Below the pieces are notes generated by a model. The model ran no database searches. It was not told the origin of the DNA and saw only the letters and a list, made by a program, of their open reading frames with translations. Below, piece after piece: positions 1 to 7,260 of a stretch of DNA of 64,000 nucleotides. A program made the position numbers and the translations under genes. The DNA is from a virus (taxonomy: Duplodnaviria; Caudoviricetes). The stretch lies in the IMG/VR virus record IMGVR_UViG_3300043220_000070, positions 1 to 64,000 of that record; one strand, given 5' to 3'. Each line of letters starts with the position of its first letter. The first letter of the stretch is position 1.

Positions 1-29
1 GGGGGCGGTGGGGCGCAAGGGTTGGGGGT

Positions 30-356
30 AAAAGAACAACGTGGGAGCAGGGGCGGTTAATCCCCGACGTTCCCACGTCGTTAGCCTGGGGTTGCCCATC
101 GACCAGACAGACCACTCCCAGGGGGGCAGCCCTGGCGGTTCGGCACTTGCCTCACGCCAGGGAACAGTTAGGCCAGCTACCCCGTCGGGAGAGCTCCTTG
201 AGCTCGTATCACTGACCCTTCAAAAAGCCGGCCAGCTCCCACCTTCGGCTCCCGGGAGCCATACCCACCCATCAACTGCTGATACCGGCGCATCCTTGCG
301 GACAGGAACCCGTAGGCCCCTGTCCACCCACCGTGGCCTGCACGACGGTGGGTGGC
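30..356 (-). ncRNA. candidate ~325-nt structured non-coding RNA
   Basis: Follows a sigma70 promoter (363-391). Stems at 324-334/345-355 (11 bp), 300-306/319-325, 130-137/155-162 and 35-46/71-82; the last is followed on the minus strand by a short U-run. No convincing ORF with an RBS. Confidence 0.5.
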
Positions 357-362
357 TTTCAC

Positions 363-391
363 ATTATACCCCTTAATAAGGCATGAATCAA
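363..391 (-). promoter_or_regulatory. sigma70-type promoter TTGATT-N17-TATAAT
   Basis: Motif read on the minus strand. Confidence 0.7.
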
Positions 392-414
392 GGACGCTTT
401 TTAGGGAGCTGCGG

Positions 415-1143
415 TTAGCGCTTTTGGCGGGCTTCCCACTGGCGCGCTCCTCGATGCGCCCGGCCAAGGCGCACGTCTCGTACCTCCGCTTTCCGCATCT
501 GCCCAAAGCGGAGTTTCTCCTGCCGCCGCTTTAGCCGCTCACCCCACGACGACCCTCCAACCTGCTGAGCTTTCCGGGCTGTACCCAGCAGCCCGAAGTG
601 AAGCCGGCTTCCACCACCAGCCTGCGCCACCTTACTCTGGCTAATCAGTTTATGGTGTACATCCTGCCTCCCCTCTACACCTCGCCTCGCTAGAATGTGG
701 TGAGCGGCTTCATGTCGCACTGCACCCGGAATATCTGAAGGGCGCTGGGCGGAGCCAAAGGTTAGGGCAATTTCGGTCTTGGGTGCGGAGGGCGGAGTAA
801 GCACAGAAAGACCAAGTTTCTCGGCCAGTCGCATTGCCGAAGCTATAGGCTCTTTAGTCACCCGCAACGTCGCTTGCCCCACAACACGGCTGTCCGCACC
901 CCCCAACCGTTCAACAGCACGGGGTTCGGGTAGCTTTCCCAAGCGACGCTGGCCCCCGGTCATCTCTGAGGCTACGACTTGCTGGTGTATCCGACTAATC
1001 CGCTTCTGGAGAGTTTTTAGGCGCCCTGGAATAGGAGAGGGGGTAGGTCGAGCCGGCGGAGGTGTAGGATGTGCCTTAGCCTTCGGCTGTGAGGGGCGGC
1101 GTGTAGGACGCAGGGGGCCTTTATATAGAGGCATCTCCCTCAC
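415..1143 (-). CDS. basic protein with HExxH zinc-metallopeptidase-like motif
   Basis: 242-aa ORF with VRHEAAHHIL (HExxH) and a Pro/Arg-rich N-terminus. TATAAT lies just upstream (1144-1149); the start may be ATG 1134. Confidence 0.55.
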   Translation of the reverse strand: MREMPLYKGPLRPTRRPSQPKAKAHPTPPPARPTPSPIPGRLKTLQKRISRIHQQVVASEMTGGQRRLGKLPEPRAVERLGGADSRVVGQATLRVTKEPIASAMRLAEKLGLSVLTPPSAPKTEIALTFGSAQRPSDIPGAVRHEAAHHILARRGVEGRQDVHHKLISQSKVAQAGGGSRLHFGLLGTARKAQQVGGSSWGERLKRRQEKLRFGQMRKAEVRDVRLGRAHRGARQWEARQKR

Positions 1144-1155
1144 ATTATACCAGTC

Positions 1156-1184
1156 TTGACATCCTCAACGCAAGGGGCTATCCT
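1156..1184 (+). promoter_or_regulatory. sigma70 promoter TTGACA-N17-TATCCT, overlapping a divergent minus-strand promoter (TTGCGT-N18-TATAAT, 1144-1173)
   Basis: Motifs read directly; AGGAGG RBS and ATG 1203 follow. Confidence 0.75.
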
Positions 1185-1202
1185 GGAGACAGGAGGTATT
1201 CC

Positions 1203-1391
1203 ATGCCCACCCAAGAGTATGAATGTCCCAAATGCCACATCACCTTCGACGTGACCATACCCACCCACGCCAAGGTACCCCGTGCCCTCCAATGCCCTAA
1301 TGGACAGCACTACGGCTACTGGCGCCCTTCCGCCCCCTACTTCATCGTGGAGGGCGGCACCGGCGCCGGGAAGGAGAGTCACCACCGATGA
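1203..1391 (+). CDS. FmdB-family zinc-ribbon protein
   Basis: MPTQEYECPKC...CPNG..SAP.F pattern typical of FmdB-like regulators; good RBS. Confidence 0.7.
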   Translation: MPTQEYECPKCHITFDVTIPTHAKVPRALQCPNGQHYGYWRPSAPYFIVEGGTGAGKESHHR

Positions 1392-1416
1392 AGCACCCAA
1401 GAAAGGAAGAAGTAAC

Positions 1417-1596
1417 ATGGCCTACCTAGTTAAATGTAACCGATGTGGAACAACAGCGGATGTGGTCTTCCTAAACGTAGACACAGGCTACTGGACACAG
1501 CCCCCCGATTGGCTGGTAGTTGAACCCTCCCAGGTGCATCTCTGCCCGCCCTGCAAGGCACGAGCCTTAGAAAACGAGGAGGAGACCAGTGAATAG
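1417..1596 (+). CDS. small zinc-finger protein (CxxC...CxxC)
   Basis: MAYLVKCNRCG...HLCPPCK; overlaps the next gene's start. Confidence 0.65.
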   Translation: MAYLVKCNRCGTTADVVFLNVDTGYWTQPPDWLVVEPSQVHLCPPCKARALENEEETSE

Positions 1597-1921
1597 GCAC
1601 GGGCACGAAGACTGCACACACGGCCCGGGGAGCGCCTGGACGCTGGAACCAGACAGGAGGTGGTTCACACGCTGCGACACCTGCGGCCGGTTCCGACTAT
1701 GGGCGGACTACTTCGAGGTCTACGGCGCCCGCTCGAACTGGTGGTGGGAGTGCGAGCGGTGCCTGCTGGCGACCGTAACGGCCTACGCCGAGGAGAAGGC
1801 CCGAGAGAGCAAAGACCGGACAGTAGAACCCCCACAGGCGTGCTACTGTTGCCGGGCAGAGTGCACTTACGATGGGTGCATCTGTGAACTGTATGCTGGA
1901 CGGGCCACGGAAGACGACTAA
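1589..1921 (+). CDS. Cys-rich hypothetical protein
   Basis: Several CxxC pairs; coupled start/stop overlaps at both ends. Confidence 0.6.
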   Translation: MNRHGHEDCTHGPGSAWTLEPDRRWFTRCDTCGRFRLWADYFEVYGARSNWWWECERCLLATVTAYAEEKARESKDRTVEPPQACYCCRAECTYDGCICELYAGRATEDD

Positions 1922-2022
1922 TGGGAGAGACGATTCTATTCTGCCTGATAGTGGTGGCGGCACCTGCGGCGGGGGTGTTGTGCCTCATCACGGCCGTAAC
2001 GCTGCGGTGGCTGCACAGGTAA
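1921..2022 (+). CDS. 33-aa single-TM microprotein (not in ORF track)
   Basis: TAATG overlap; MGETILFCLIVVAAPAAGVLCLITAVTLRWLHR is hydrophobic. Confidence 0.5.
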   Translation: MGETILFCLIVVAAPAAGVLCLITAVTLRWLHR

Positions 2023-2053
2023 TTGACCCGGCGTATGGGCGGTTGCAGTACTA

Positions 2054-2587
2054 CTATGAGTAGTTGTTGGCGTCCACTACCAGAAGCTTCTTGAGTAGAG
2101 CGTGTGCAAGCGCCGGCGACATCGTTAGGGTGATTTTACCGGGGGCGTCACACCATTCCCCGCGGACGCACTCACCAACCTCCGACTGCCGGAAGACGAC
2201 ACCAATTGCTCGGTCATCGTCCACCAACTGGATTTCAACGTGTTTCTCCACCTCATCCGCCCGAACACTGGCATACCCACGGTCTAGGTTAGGCGTTGTG
2301 GGTGTCAGCTTCTCCCCACGGGGCCTTGTACCAGCATCCAGGATAGACCCCTGCCGCTGGGCCGTCTCGTGACGGGTATCAACAGGCCCGTCTACAGGGG
2401 GCGGGGCGTCTTCATACTCCCCCTCGAAGACCTCTACAAAAACGTCACCGGCGCCCTGGCAGTCCTTCTTGTGCGGGAATCGACCCACGAAGACCGACCC
2501 CGGCAGACCACCGTAGGTAATGCCCCAGGTAACACCCCGGCACTCAGCCTTACAATCTGGACAGAAGAAACGGACTACTAGATTCAT
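2054..2587 (-). CDS. hypothetical protein with N-terminal CxxC/H-x3-C domain (paralogue of the 2652-3269 C-terminus)
   Basis: AGGAGG RBS and own promoter; FCPDC..RGVT..GGLP..GRFPHKKDC..RHETAQRQG. Confidence 0.75.
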   Translation of the reverse strand: MNLVVRFFCPDCKAECRGVTWGITYGGLPGSVFVGRFPHKKDCQGAGDVFVEVFEGEYEDAPPPVDGPVDTRHETAQRQGSILDAGTRPRGEKLTPTTPNLDRGYASVRADEVEKHVEIQLVDDDRAIGVVFRQSEVGECVRGEWCDAPGKITLTMSPALAHALLKKLLVVDANNYS

Positions 2588-2605
2588 CGTACACCTCCTA
2601 GATTC

Positions 2606-2634
2606 AGCATATCGGTCTGTGGAGCCGGTGTCAA
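2606..2634 (-). promoter_or_regulatory. sigma70 promoter TTGACA-N17-TATGCT
   Basis: Motif read directly; shares TTGACACCGG with the 3319-3347 promoter. Confidence 0.8.
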
Positions 2635-2651
2635 GGCCCGGAGCCAGGGCC

Positions 2652-3269
2652 TTACTCTGTTGGCGTACAGTCGGGTGGGGCGTCCGTTTCGGTAGTGAAC
2701 AGCTCGGGGTTTACTTGAATGGCGCCTAACCCATGGCGCTGGGCCATCTCGTGGCGGGCCTCCACACCTTCGTTTGAGGAGGGGTCGAAAGAGGGAGGCG
2801 TGTCGTCGCCCGCCCACTCATAAGTCTGTACCCAGATGTCACCGTCACACGGGCAGTCGCTCTTGTGTGGGAATCGACCAATCAGGAACTGTACAGGTAG
2901 ACCCCCTTCAGTGACACCGCGGATATCCACCCCACAATCAGGGCAGAAGAGCCGCGTCACTACCTCCCGGGCGGCCGTAGTGGTGAGCTGGTCGTCGACG
3001 ACCACACGAATGAGGGAGTCAACAGGAGGAAGCTCCCCAGGTTCGCTGACCTCGTAGAATAGTGAAGCCCGTAGCGCTTGCGGGTGCTTCCCAACATAAT
3101 GGTCAGCGTCGGCTCTCACTACCCATACCCGCGCTCTATCCCCCCTACCTACGGAGATACGGTCTTTCGCTTGCTCATTCTCCTCTTTCGACATCCATTG
3201 GTTTGAACCGGGGGGGCGTCGGGCCTCCTTTACGGAGAAGACTCGGAGGAGGCAATGCTTTATTTTCAT
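2652..3269 (-). CDS. hypothetical protein with C-terminal CxxC/H-x3-C domain
   Basis: AAGGAG RBS; FCPDC..RGVTEGGLP..GRFPHKSDC..RHEMAQRHG. Confidence 0.75.
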   Translation of the reverse strand: MKIKHCLLRVFSVKEARRPPGSNQWMSKEENEQAKDRISVGRGDRARVWVVRADADHYVGKHPQALRASLFYEVSEPGELPPVDSLIRVVVDDQLTTTAAREVVTRLFCPDCGVDIRGVTEGGLPVQFLIGRFPHKSDCPCDGDIWVQTYEWAGDDTPPSFDPSSNEGVEARHEMAQRHGLGAIQVNPELFTTETDAPPDCTPTE

Positions 3270-3318
3270 GTTCTGCTCCTTTCGTAGCTCTCGGGCTCAT
3301 GGCTCCGGGCCTAAGTTC

Positions 3319-3347
3319 ACTATAGCCGGCCGTGGGGCCGGTGTCAA
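3319..3347 (-). promoter_or_regulatory. sigma70 promoter TTGACA-N17-TATAGT
   Basis: Near-consensus motif. Confidence 0.85.
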
Positions 3348-3514
3348 GGCAAGATGATATGAATAGGGCGTACAGTCATCAGGTGTACCCAGAGACGATT
3401 CTTCCCGTAATAGATTACGAAGAGGAACCCCCACTTTTGAAGGTAGAAGTTGATGCCATAACTCGTGTAGGGTATAGCCTGTTCCTCCCTATAACAAAGC
3501 AATTTGAGTCTCAT
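3344..3514 (-). CDS. 56-aa aromatic-rich microprotein (not in ORF track)
   Basis: GAGGAGG RBS and ATGA overlap; MRLKLLCYREEQAIPYTSYGINFYLQKWGFLFVIYYGKNRLWVHL... Confidence 0.55.
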   Translation of the reverse strand: MRLKLLCYREEQAIPYTSYGINFYLQKWGFLFVIYYGKNRLWVHLMTVRPIHIILP

Positions 3515-3783
3515 GATACCTCCTCGTCAATGTTGATGACGGGGTACTGCACCTCCGTCTTGGAGCTGAACTCGTAGATACCACCATGCCACCCCCCTAC
3601 ATGCTCACCGGCCCTACAGAAGCAGAACCTATCCCACCGTGCGTGGAGAAGCCCCGCGGGACAGCGCTTGAAGAGAATAGGTACGTGGCGCCTAAGAGTG
3701 CGACCTAATGGAGTTCCTACTGATGCCGCTGGCATGTCTGCACCTCCTAACCTCAGAATAGCAGTCTCAGAAGGCCCTGTCAA
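3511..3783 (-). CDS. hypothetical protein
   Basis: ATGA-coupled at both ends within the small minus-strand operon. Confidence 0.5.
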   Translation of the reverse strand: MTGPSETAILRLGGADMPAASVGTPLGRTLRRHVPILFKRCPAGLLHARWDRFCFCRAGEHVGGWHGGIYEFSSKTEVQYPVINIDEEVS

Positions 3784-4136
3784 GGTCGGCCTAAGCCCTC
3801 ACAGGAGCAATCCCATGCACAGCGCATACAATCGTCACAGTAATGCGAATAGCCAATTTGAGCCTCACAGCGGGTACAATCCCCACACCGCTCACAGTAT
3901 ACATGCTCAGGCGCTTCGTATTCATCCTCTACATTCCACTCAAGGCGGTACATTGGGCCTTCTGGCCCACATGAACAGTATAGTTGGGGGTACCTGGAGA
4001 CGCAGCGGACAAGGAAAGGTTCAGGTAGCGACACTCCCGCCAAAGCGTCCTCTATACGGAAGGAGGGGGGTAAGGCGTGTTCAAAAGTACGCAAACCTCT
4101 CGGTACATGTAGCACTTGGAACTTATCACAGGCCAT
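3780..4136 (-). CDS. Cys-rich protein with C-terminal multi-CxxC module
   Basis: AGGAGGTG RBS before ATG 4136; YCERCGDCTRCE..HYCDDCMRCAWDCSC. Confidence 0.7.
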   Translation of the reverse strand: MACDKFQVLHVPRGLRTFEHALPPSFRIEDALAGVSLPEPFLVRCVSRYPQLYCSCGPEGPMYRLEWNVEDEYEAPEHVYCERCGDCTRCEAQIGYSHYCDDCMRCAWDCSCEGLGRP

Positions 4137-4146
4137 GTTGCACCTC

Positions 4147-4293
4147 CTATTTCTCCCCCAACAGTACCCATTTCCAACAAGTCCAGCATCTAGCACTACC
4201 CCGTGTCTTGGGGCCTTCGCACTCTGGGCAGACAATCGTTGGTCGAGCCTGTCGGATGTAGGCGGGTTCCCGGGGGAAAGTTGTTGTAGTCAC
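4147..4293 (-). CDS. 48-aa zinc-finger microprotein (not in ORF track)
   Basis: AGGAGG RBS, GTG start; CPECEGPKTRGSARCWTC. Confidence 0.6.
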   Translation of the reverse strand: MTTTTFPREPAYIRQARPTIVCPECEGPKTRGSARCWTCWKWVLLGEK

Positions 4294-4317
4294 TTCCAGC
4301 ACCTCCTATTTTTCTCC

Positions 4318-4346
4318 ATTTTAGCATTTTCTCACGTGTCAAGCAA
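4318..4346 (-). promoter_or_regulatory. promoter TTGCTT-N17-TAAAAT with extended -10 (TGn)
   Basis: Motif read directly, upstream of the minus-strand operon. Confidence 0.7.
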
Positions 4347-4484
4347 GGGGTCTAACCATCACATCACCCCCCATCCATACCAACGTCACCGTCCAGCAAC
4401 ATTACCTCACGAACCCACAACCATCCCAGCCTAGACCAGTAGCCCCTACACGCGCACTATGACGGGCGCAAGGCCAGCAACAAT

Positions 4485-4700
4485 GTGTAGTCAGGTACAA
4501 TGGGTTGTGGGTCACAATGGATAAGGCGCACCACCTGGCCCCTCACGCGCGTAAACCCTAGGTGAGTCACAACACATTAGCGCGAATAACCCTAGGTGCC
4601 TCACAATGGGTTGTGGGTGACTACAGGTTTACCGGCCTAGCGCCTACACGAGGGGCATAAACACCTAGTGAGTCACAATGGGTTGTGATACACTAGGGGT
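4485..4700. repeat. iteron/operator cluster A (CACAATGGGTTGTG; GTG-N3-CACAA)
   Basis: Copies at 4496-4509, 4602-4615 and 4674-4687, plus partial AAACCCTAGGTG-N3-CACAA units, in a non-coding gap between divergent operons. Confidence 0.8.
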
Positions 4701-4813
4701 TTACCGGCGTTAGGGTAGGTAGAGGGCTGCACCATCGTTACCCCTTGCAGGAGTCTACGTCTGACGTTTACGTAAAGGTATGAAATTGCCCCCAAGATTG
4801 CCCCTTAGACCCC

Positions 4814-4841
4814 TTCAGGTCGGCTCAAGGGTGCCGATACT
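4814..4841 (+). promoter_or_regulatory. putative phage early promoter TTCAGG-N16-GATACT
   Basis: Same motif and spacing recur at 7092-7119 and 8946-8973. Confidence 0.55.
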
Positions 4842-4894
4842 GAAGCTAGGAAGGCCGCAAGGGTGGCCTAGCACCTTCACAAGAGAATATGAAT

Positions 4895-5212
4895 TGAGGC
4901 ACGTGGGGAGCGGGTGGTTAGACTGCCCAGCTTCACATTGGAGGTAGGAATGAACAACATCGAGCGTATGCAAGCACAAACCGAGGCCCACGCCACATTC
5001 AGGCTTGTGGACGATGGGACACTCGATACGGTTGTACAGTGTACCTACTGCGGGGGTGAGGAGCGGTTCGATTCGCTGGCCCTACTCGACGATGATGAGG
5101 AGATAGACGCTCTAGGCGATAGTGTGGACGATGTACGAAGGCGGCGCGCAATCTCCAGCGCCGAAGCCGACCACGAGTGCGAAGGCTAACCCTTCGCTCC
5201 CCGCGTACCTCA
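4895..5212 (+). repeat. inverted-repeat-bounded unit 1 (arms 4895-4923 / 5184-5212)
   Basis: 29-nt arms, 23/29 complementary (26/29 allowing G-U); encloses CDS 4950-5189. Confidence 0.85.
4950..5189 (+). CDS. small acidic early protein with CxxC
   Basis: GGAGG RBS; FRLVDDGTLDTVVQCTYCGGEERF; ends ...CEG* inside the right repeat arm. Confidence 0.75.
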   Translation: MNNIERMQAQTEAHATFRLVDDGTLDTVVQCTYCGGEERFDSLALLDDDEEIDALGDSVDDVRRRRAISSAEADHECEG

Positions 5213-5268
5213 CCGAGACACGTGGGGAGCGGGGCGTCAGCCCCAGCTTCACATTGGAGGTATACCCA

Positions 5269-5454
5269 GTGATACACCTACTCATAATCGACGGACTGTG
5301 GCACGCAAGGTTCGCGGACGGTACGGAGGGACGTATCCGGGAGCTGTTCGGCACCGATACGCTACCAACGCCCTACAGAGCCCACGTGAAGGCAGAAACG
5401 GTCATGCGGGCGATAGCCAAGCGAAACGTTGGAGCGACAGTAACGGTGGAGTAG
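5269..5454 (+). CDS. 61-aa early phage protein
   Basis: GGAGG RBS, GTG start; WHARF..IRELFGTDTLPTPY. Confidence 0.65.
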   Translation: MIHLLIIDGLWHARFADGTEGRIRELFGTDTLPTPYRAHVKAETVMRAIAKRNVGATVTVE

Positions 5455-5466
5455 GAGGTACAAGAA

Positions 5467-5733
5467 ATGCGACGTATAAGGGTTGACGCCACCACGGTTG
5501 ACCAGCGTACCAACACGGTCGATGTAAAGGTCGAGGGGCCAGCAACATACTACCTGCGCTTCTACGTTGACGGGACGTTTGACGTTTTCGCGAAGGTAGC
5601 GGGCGAGCTCGTGGCTATTGGGGGAGTGGGCACAGATGGCGTAGTGTCCGGCTCCTCCCTAGTGGCCCGCCTGGATAGATTCATACGGGAGTGTGCGCCC
5701 TTCAGTAAGAGTAAGAGTAAGAGCGAGGGCTAA
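5467..5733 (+). CDS. small early protein
   Basis: AGGAGG RBS; ends ...KSEG* inside the repeat arm. Confidence 0.7.
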   Translation: MRRIRVDATTVDQRTNTVDVKVEGPATYYLRFYVDGTFDVFAKVAGELVAIGGVGTDGVVSGSSLVARLDRFIRECAPFSKSKSKSEG

Positions 5734-5756
5734 CCCTTCGCTCCCCGCATGTCTCG

Positions 5757-5990
5757 GAGATGTCTAACGGGCGGGCGGTTAGCCAACTGCCTACTTAGTG
5801 GAGGTATGGTCAATGTTCCGGTCGACGCTGAGCCTTCTACCAACGCTTCGGTTACTGACCCGACGCTGCGGCCAGTGTGACGGCACGCTGGTATCGACAC
5901 CAGCGGCTATCACCATCATCTGCCAGGGGTGTTGGAGGAGTGAGGCAAGCTGCAAGTGCGAGGGTTAGTCCCTCGCCCGTTAGACATCTC
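5757..5990 (+). repeat. inverted-repeat-bounded unit 3 (arms 5757-5784 / 5963-5990)
   Basis: 28-nt arms, 23/28 complementary (27/28 allowing G-U), including a perfect 17-bp match 5757-5773/5974-5990. Confidence 0.9.
5813..5968 (+). CDS. 51-aa zinc-finger microprotein (not in ORF track)
   Basis: GGAGG-N8-ATG; RRCGQCDG..ICQGCWRSEASCKCEG*, with the stop inside the repeat arm. Confidence 0.6.
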   Translation: MFRSTLSLLPTLRLLTRRCGQCDGTLVSTPAAITIICQGCWRSEASCKCEG

Positions 5991-6009
5991 AGGAGTAGGA
6001 GGTAGGACA

Positions 6010-6201
6010 ATGAAAAGCACCGACGCGCAATCCGCCGACTTGAAACGACGGTTACGGACAATACCCGTTACCCCGGCATTGCGGGCAGAGGCAGAAAGAT
6101 TTCCGGTAGAGACTGACGAAGCTATCGAAGAAGTAGAACGGGGCCTTATCGCTGCCCTACCAGGAAGCTACGTTTCCCACGTTCTGAGGAGAGGCGTGTA
6201 G
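6010..6201 (+). CDS. small early protein
   Basis: AGGAGG RBS, 63 aa. Confidence 0.65.
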   Translation: MKSTDAQSADLKRRLRTIPVTPALRAEAERFPVETDEAIEEVERGLIAALPGSYVSHVLRRGV

Positions 6202-6274
6202 AGGCTTTGGCGGATGCTGACCTCAGGTTGGCGGGGGAGACGGGGATACGGAGCCGAAGATTCTAGCAGGCGAG

Positions 6275-6302
6275 GGCTAGCCCCTCACCCATCGGGCATC
6301 TC
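6275..6302 (+). repeat. orphan right-type repeat arm
   Basis: 28 nt, GGCTAG...CATCTC, preceded by GCGAG like the other right arms; no full partner arm found. Confidence 0.65.
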
Positions 6303-6324
6303 AATAGCAGAAGGGAGTGAAGGT

Positions 6325-6582
6325 ATGCAACCCGTCATCGTGGTAATCCGACACCCCGACTTCGAGACAGAAGTCCAACTGTTTGGGGTCGAGGCTCAGG
6401 TGATAGACATCGACATGGGCGCGGGCTTCGATGCTGGCTCATTGCACTCCGACGACCTGCCGCAAGTCAAGGAGTGGGCAGAGCACCTACAGGGAGAGGT
6501 GGCTAGGCTACCGACAGACCATCCGGCCAGGCAGTCAGTCGAGGAGGTGTGCCACACCTTGCTTGAGAGATTCGACCAATGA
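6325..6582 (+). CDS. small acidic early protein
   Basis: MQPVIVVIRHPDFETEVQLFG..VIDIDMG; RBS present. Confidence 0.65.
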   Translation: MQPVIVVIRHPDFETEVQLFGVEAQVIDIDMGAGFDAGSLHSDDLPQVKEWAEHLQGEVARLPTDHPARQSVEEVCHTLLERFDQ

Positions 6583-6674
6583 GCGAGTATTGCAGTAACG
6601 GACAGCACACCCGCTGTCACCCACCACTAGAACAAGGCGGGTGCTCTTGTTCCTGCCATAGAAAGGAATAGAAC

Positions 6675-6923
6675 ATGAGGCACAAGCACAACTGGGTCAT
6701 AGAGCCCGCTACTCAGTCCCGCCGGATGGATAGCGGCGAGGTGGACGGCGAGCTCTACACGCCCCGATGTACGCGGGGCAATCTACACGGCGAATGCAGG
6801 TGTGGAGCGGAAAGGCGCTTCCACCCACTCGCCGGCGGAGCCCTGCTGTTCGGTAGCATAGCGCCGGCCTTTGACCTGGCGTTGGCAGTCAAACCCGAAT
6901 TGGCGGCCGCCACTATCGCCTAG
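6675..6923 (+). CDS. small Cys/His protein
   Basis: RHKHNWVI..ECRCGAER; RBS present. Confidence 0.6.
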   Translation: MRHKHNWVIEPATQSRRMDSGEVDGELYTPRCTRGNLHGECRCGAERRFHPLAGGALLFGSIAPAFDLALAVKPELAAATIA

Positions 6924-6937
6924 AGAGGGGTAAAAGC

Positions 6938-7060
6938 ATGGACTATTGCGGGAGGCTACGGCCTAATGGGGTAGAATATCATCGAGGCCCATTCAAAAAT
7001 GGTCGCTGCGAATCATGCGGCTGGAAGATACGCATAGCGACGACTGCCACCATCGCCTAG
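6938..7060 (+). CDS. 40-aa microprotein (not in ORF track)
   Basis: AGAGGGG RBS; CESCG; ends ATIA* like the preceding gene. Confidence 0.5.
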   Translation: MDYCGRLRPNGVEYHRGPFKNGRCESCGWKIRIATTATIA

Positions 7061-7091
7061 GATGTGAGGGGCTGACCTTTCAGGTTGGCCC

Positions 7092-7119
7092 TTCAGACTT
7101 CAGGCGATAGGCCGATACT
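7092..7119 (+). promoter_or_regulatory. putative phage early promoter TTCAGA-N16-GATACT
   Basis: Repeated motif, followed by TAGAGTAG and an RBS. Confidence 0.55.
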
Positions 7120-7260
7120 TAGAGTAGAGAGGGGTGAAAGCATGACGGTGACGACTGAGATAGACGCGGGCCACATTGTAGCCGTTGACTACGGTTCGCA
7201 AGCGATAGGCGGGAGTGAGGGTTACGCTTCCCTCTACGCCCGCGCAGAGGAGGTGAACGT

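Larger units (their letters stand above)
5215..5755 (+). repeat. inverted-repeat-bounded unit 2 (arms 5215-5242 / 5728-5755)
   Basis: 28-nt arms, 22/28 complementary (25/28 allowing G-U); encloses two CDSs. Confidence 0.85.

Noticed and set aside
4485-4700. CRISPR array (also considered for 14690-14930 and 4895-6302)
   Set aside because: Repeats are irregularly spaced, partly inverted or flank whole genes; there are no uniform unique spacers and no cas genes.
5704-5721. AGTAAG x3 microsatellite
   Set aside because: In-frame and only encodes SKSKSK; unit length 6 cannot cause phase variation.
5184-5784. Canonical integron attC/attI array
   Set aside because: Size (57-59 nt) and TAAC/GTT cores are suggestive, but the cores deviate from RYYYAAC/GTTRRRY, I saw no extrahelical-base pattern, pairing is best across genes rather than within a site, and no IntI is present. 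Kept only as a hypothesis.
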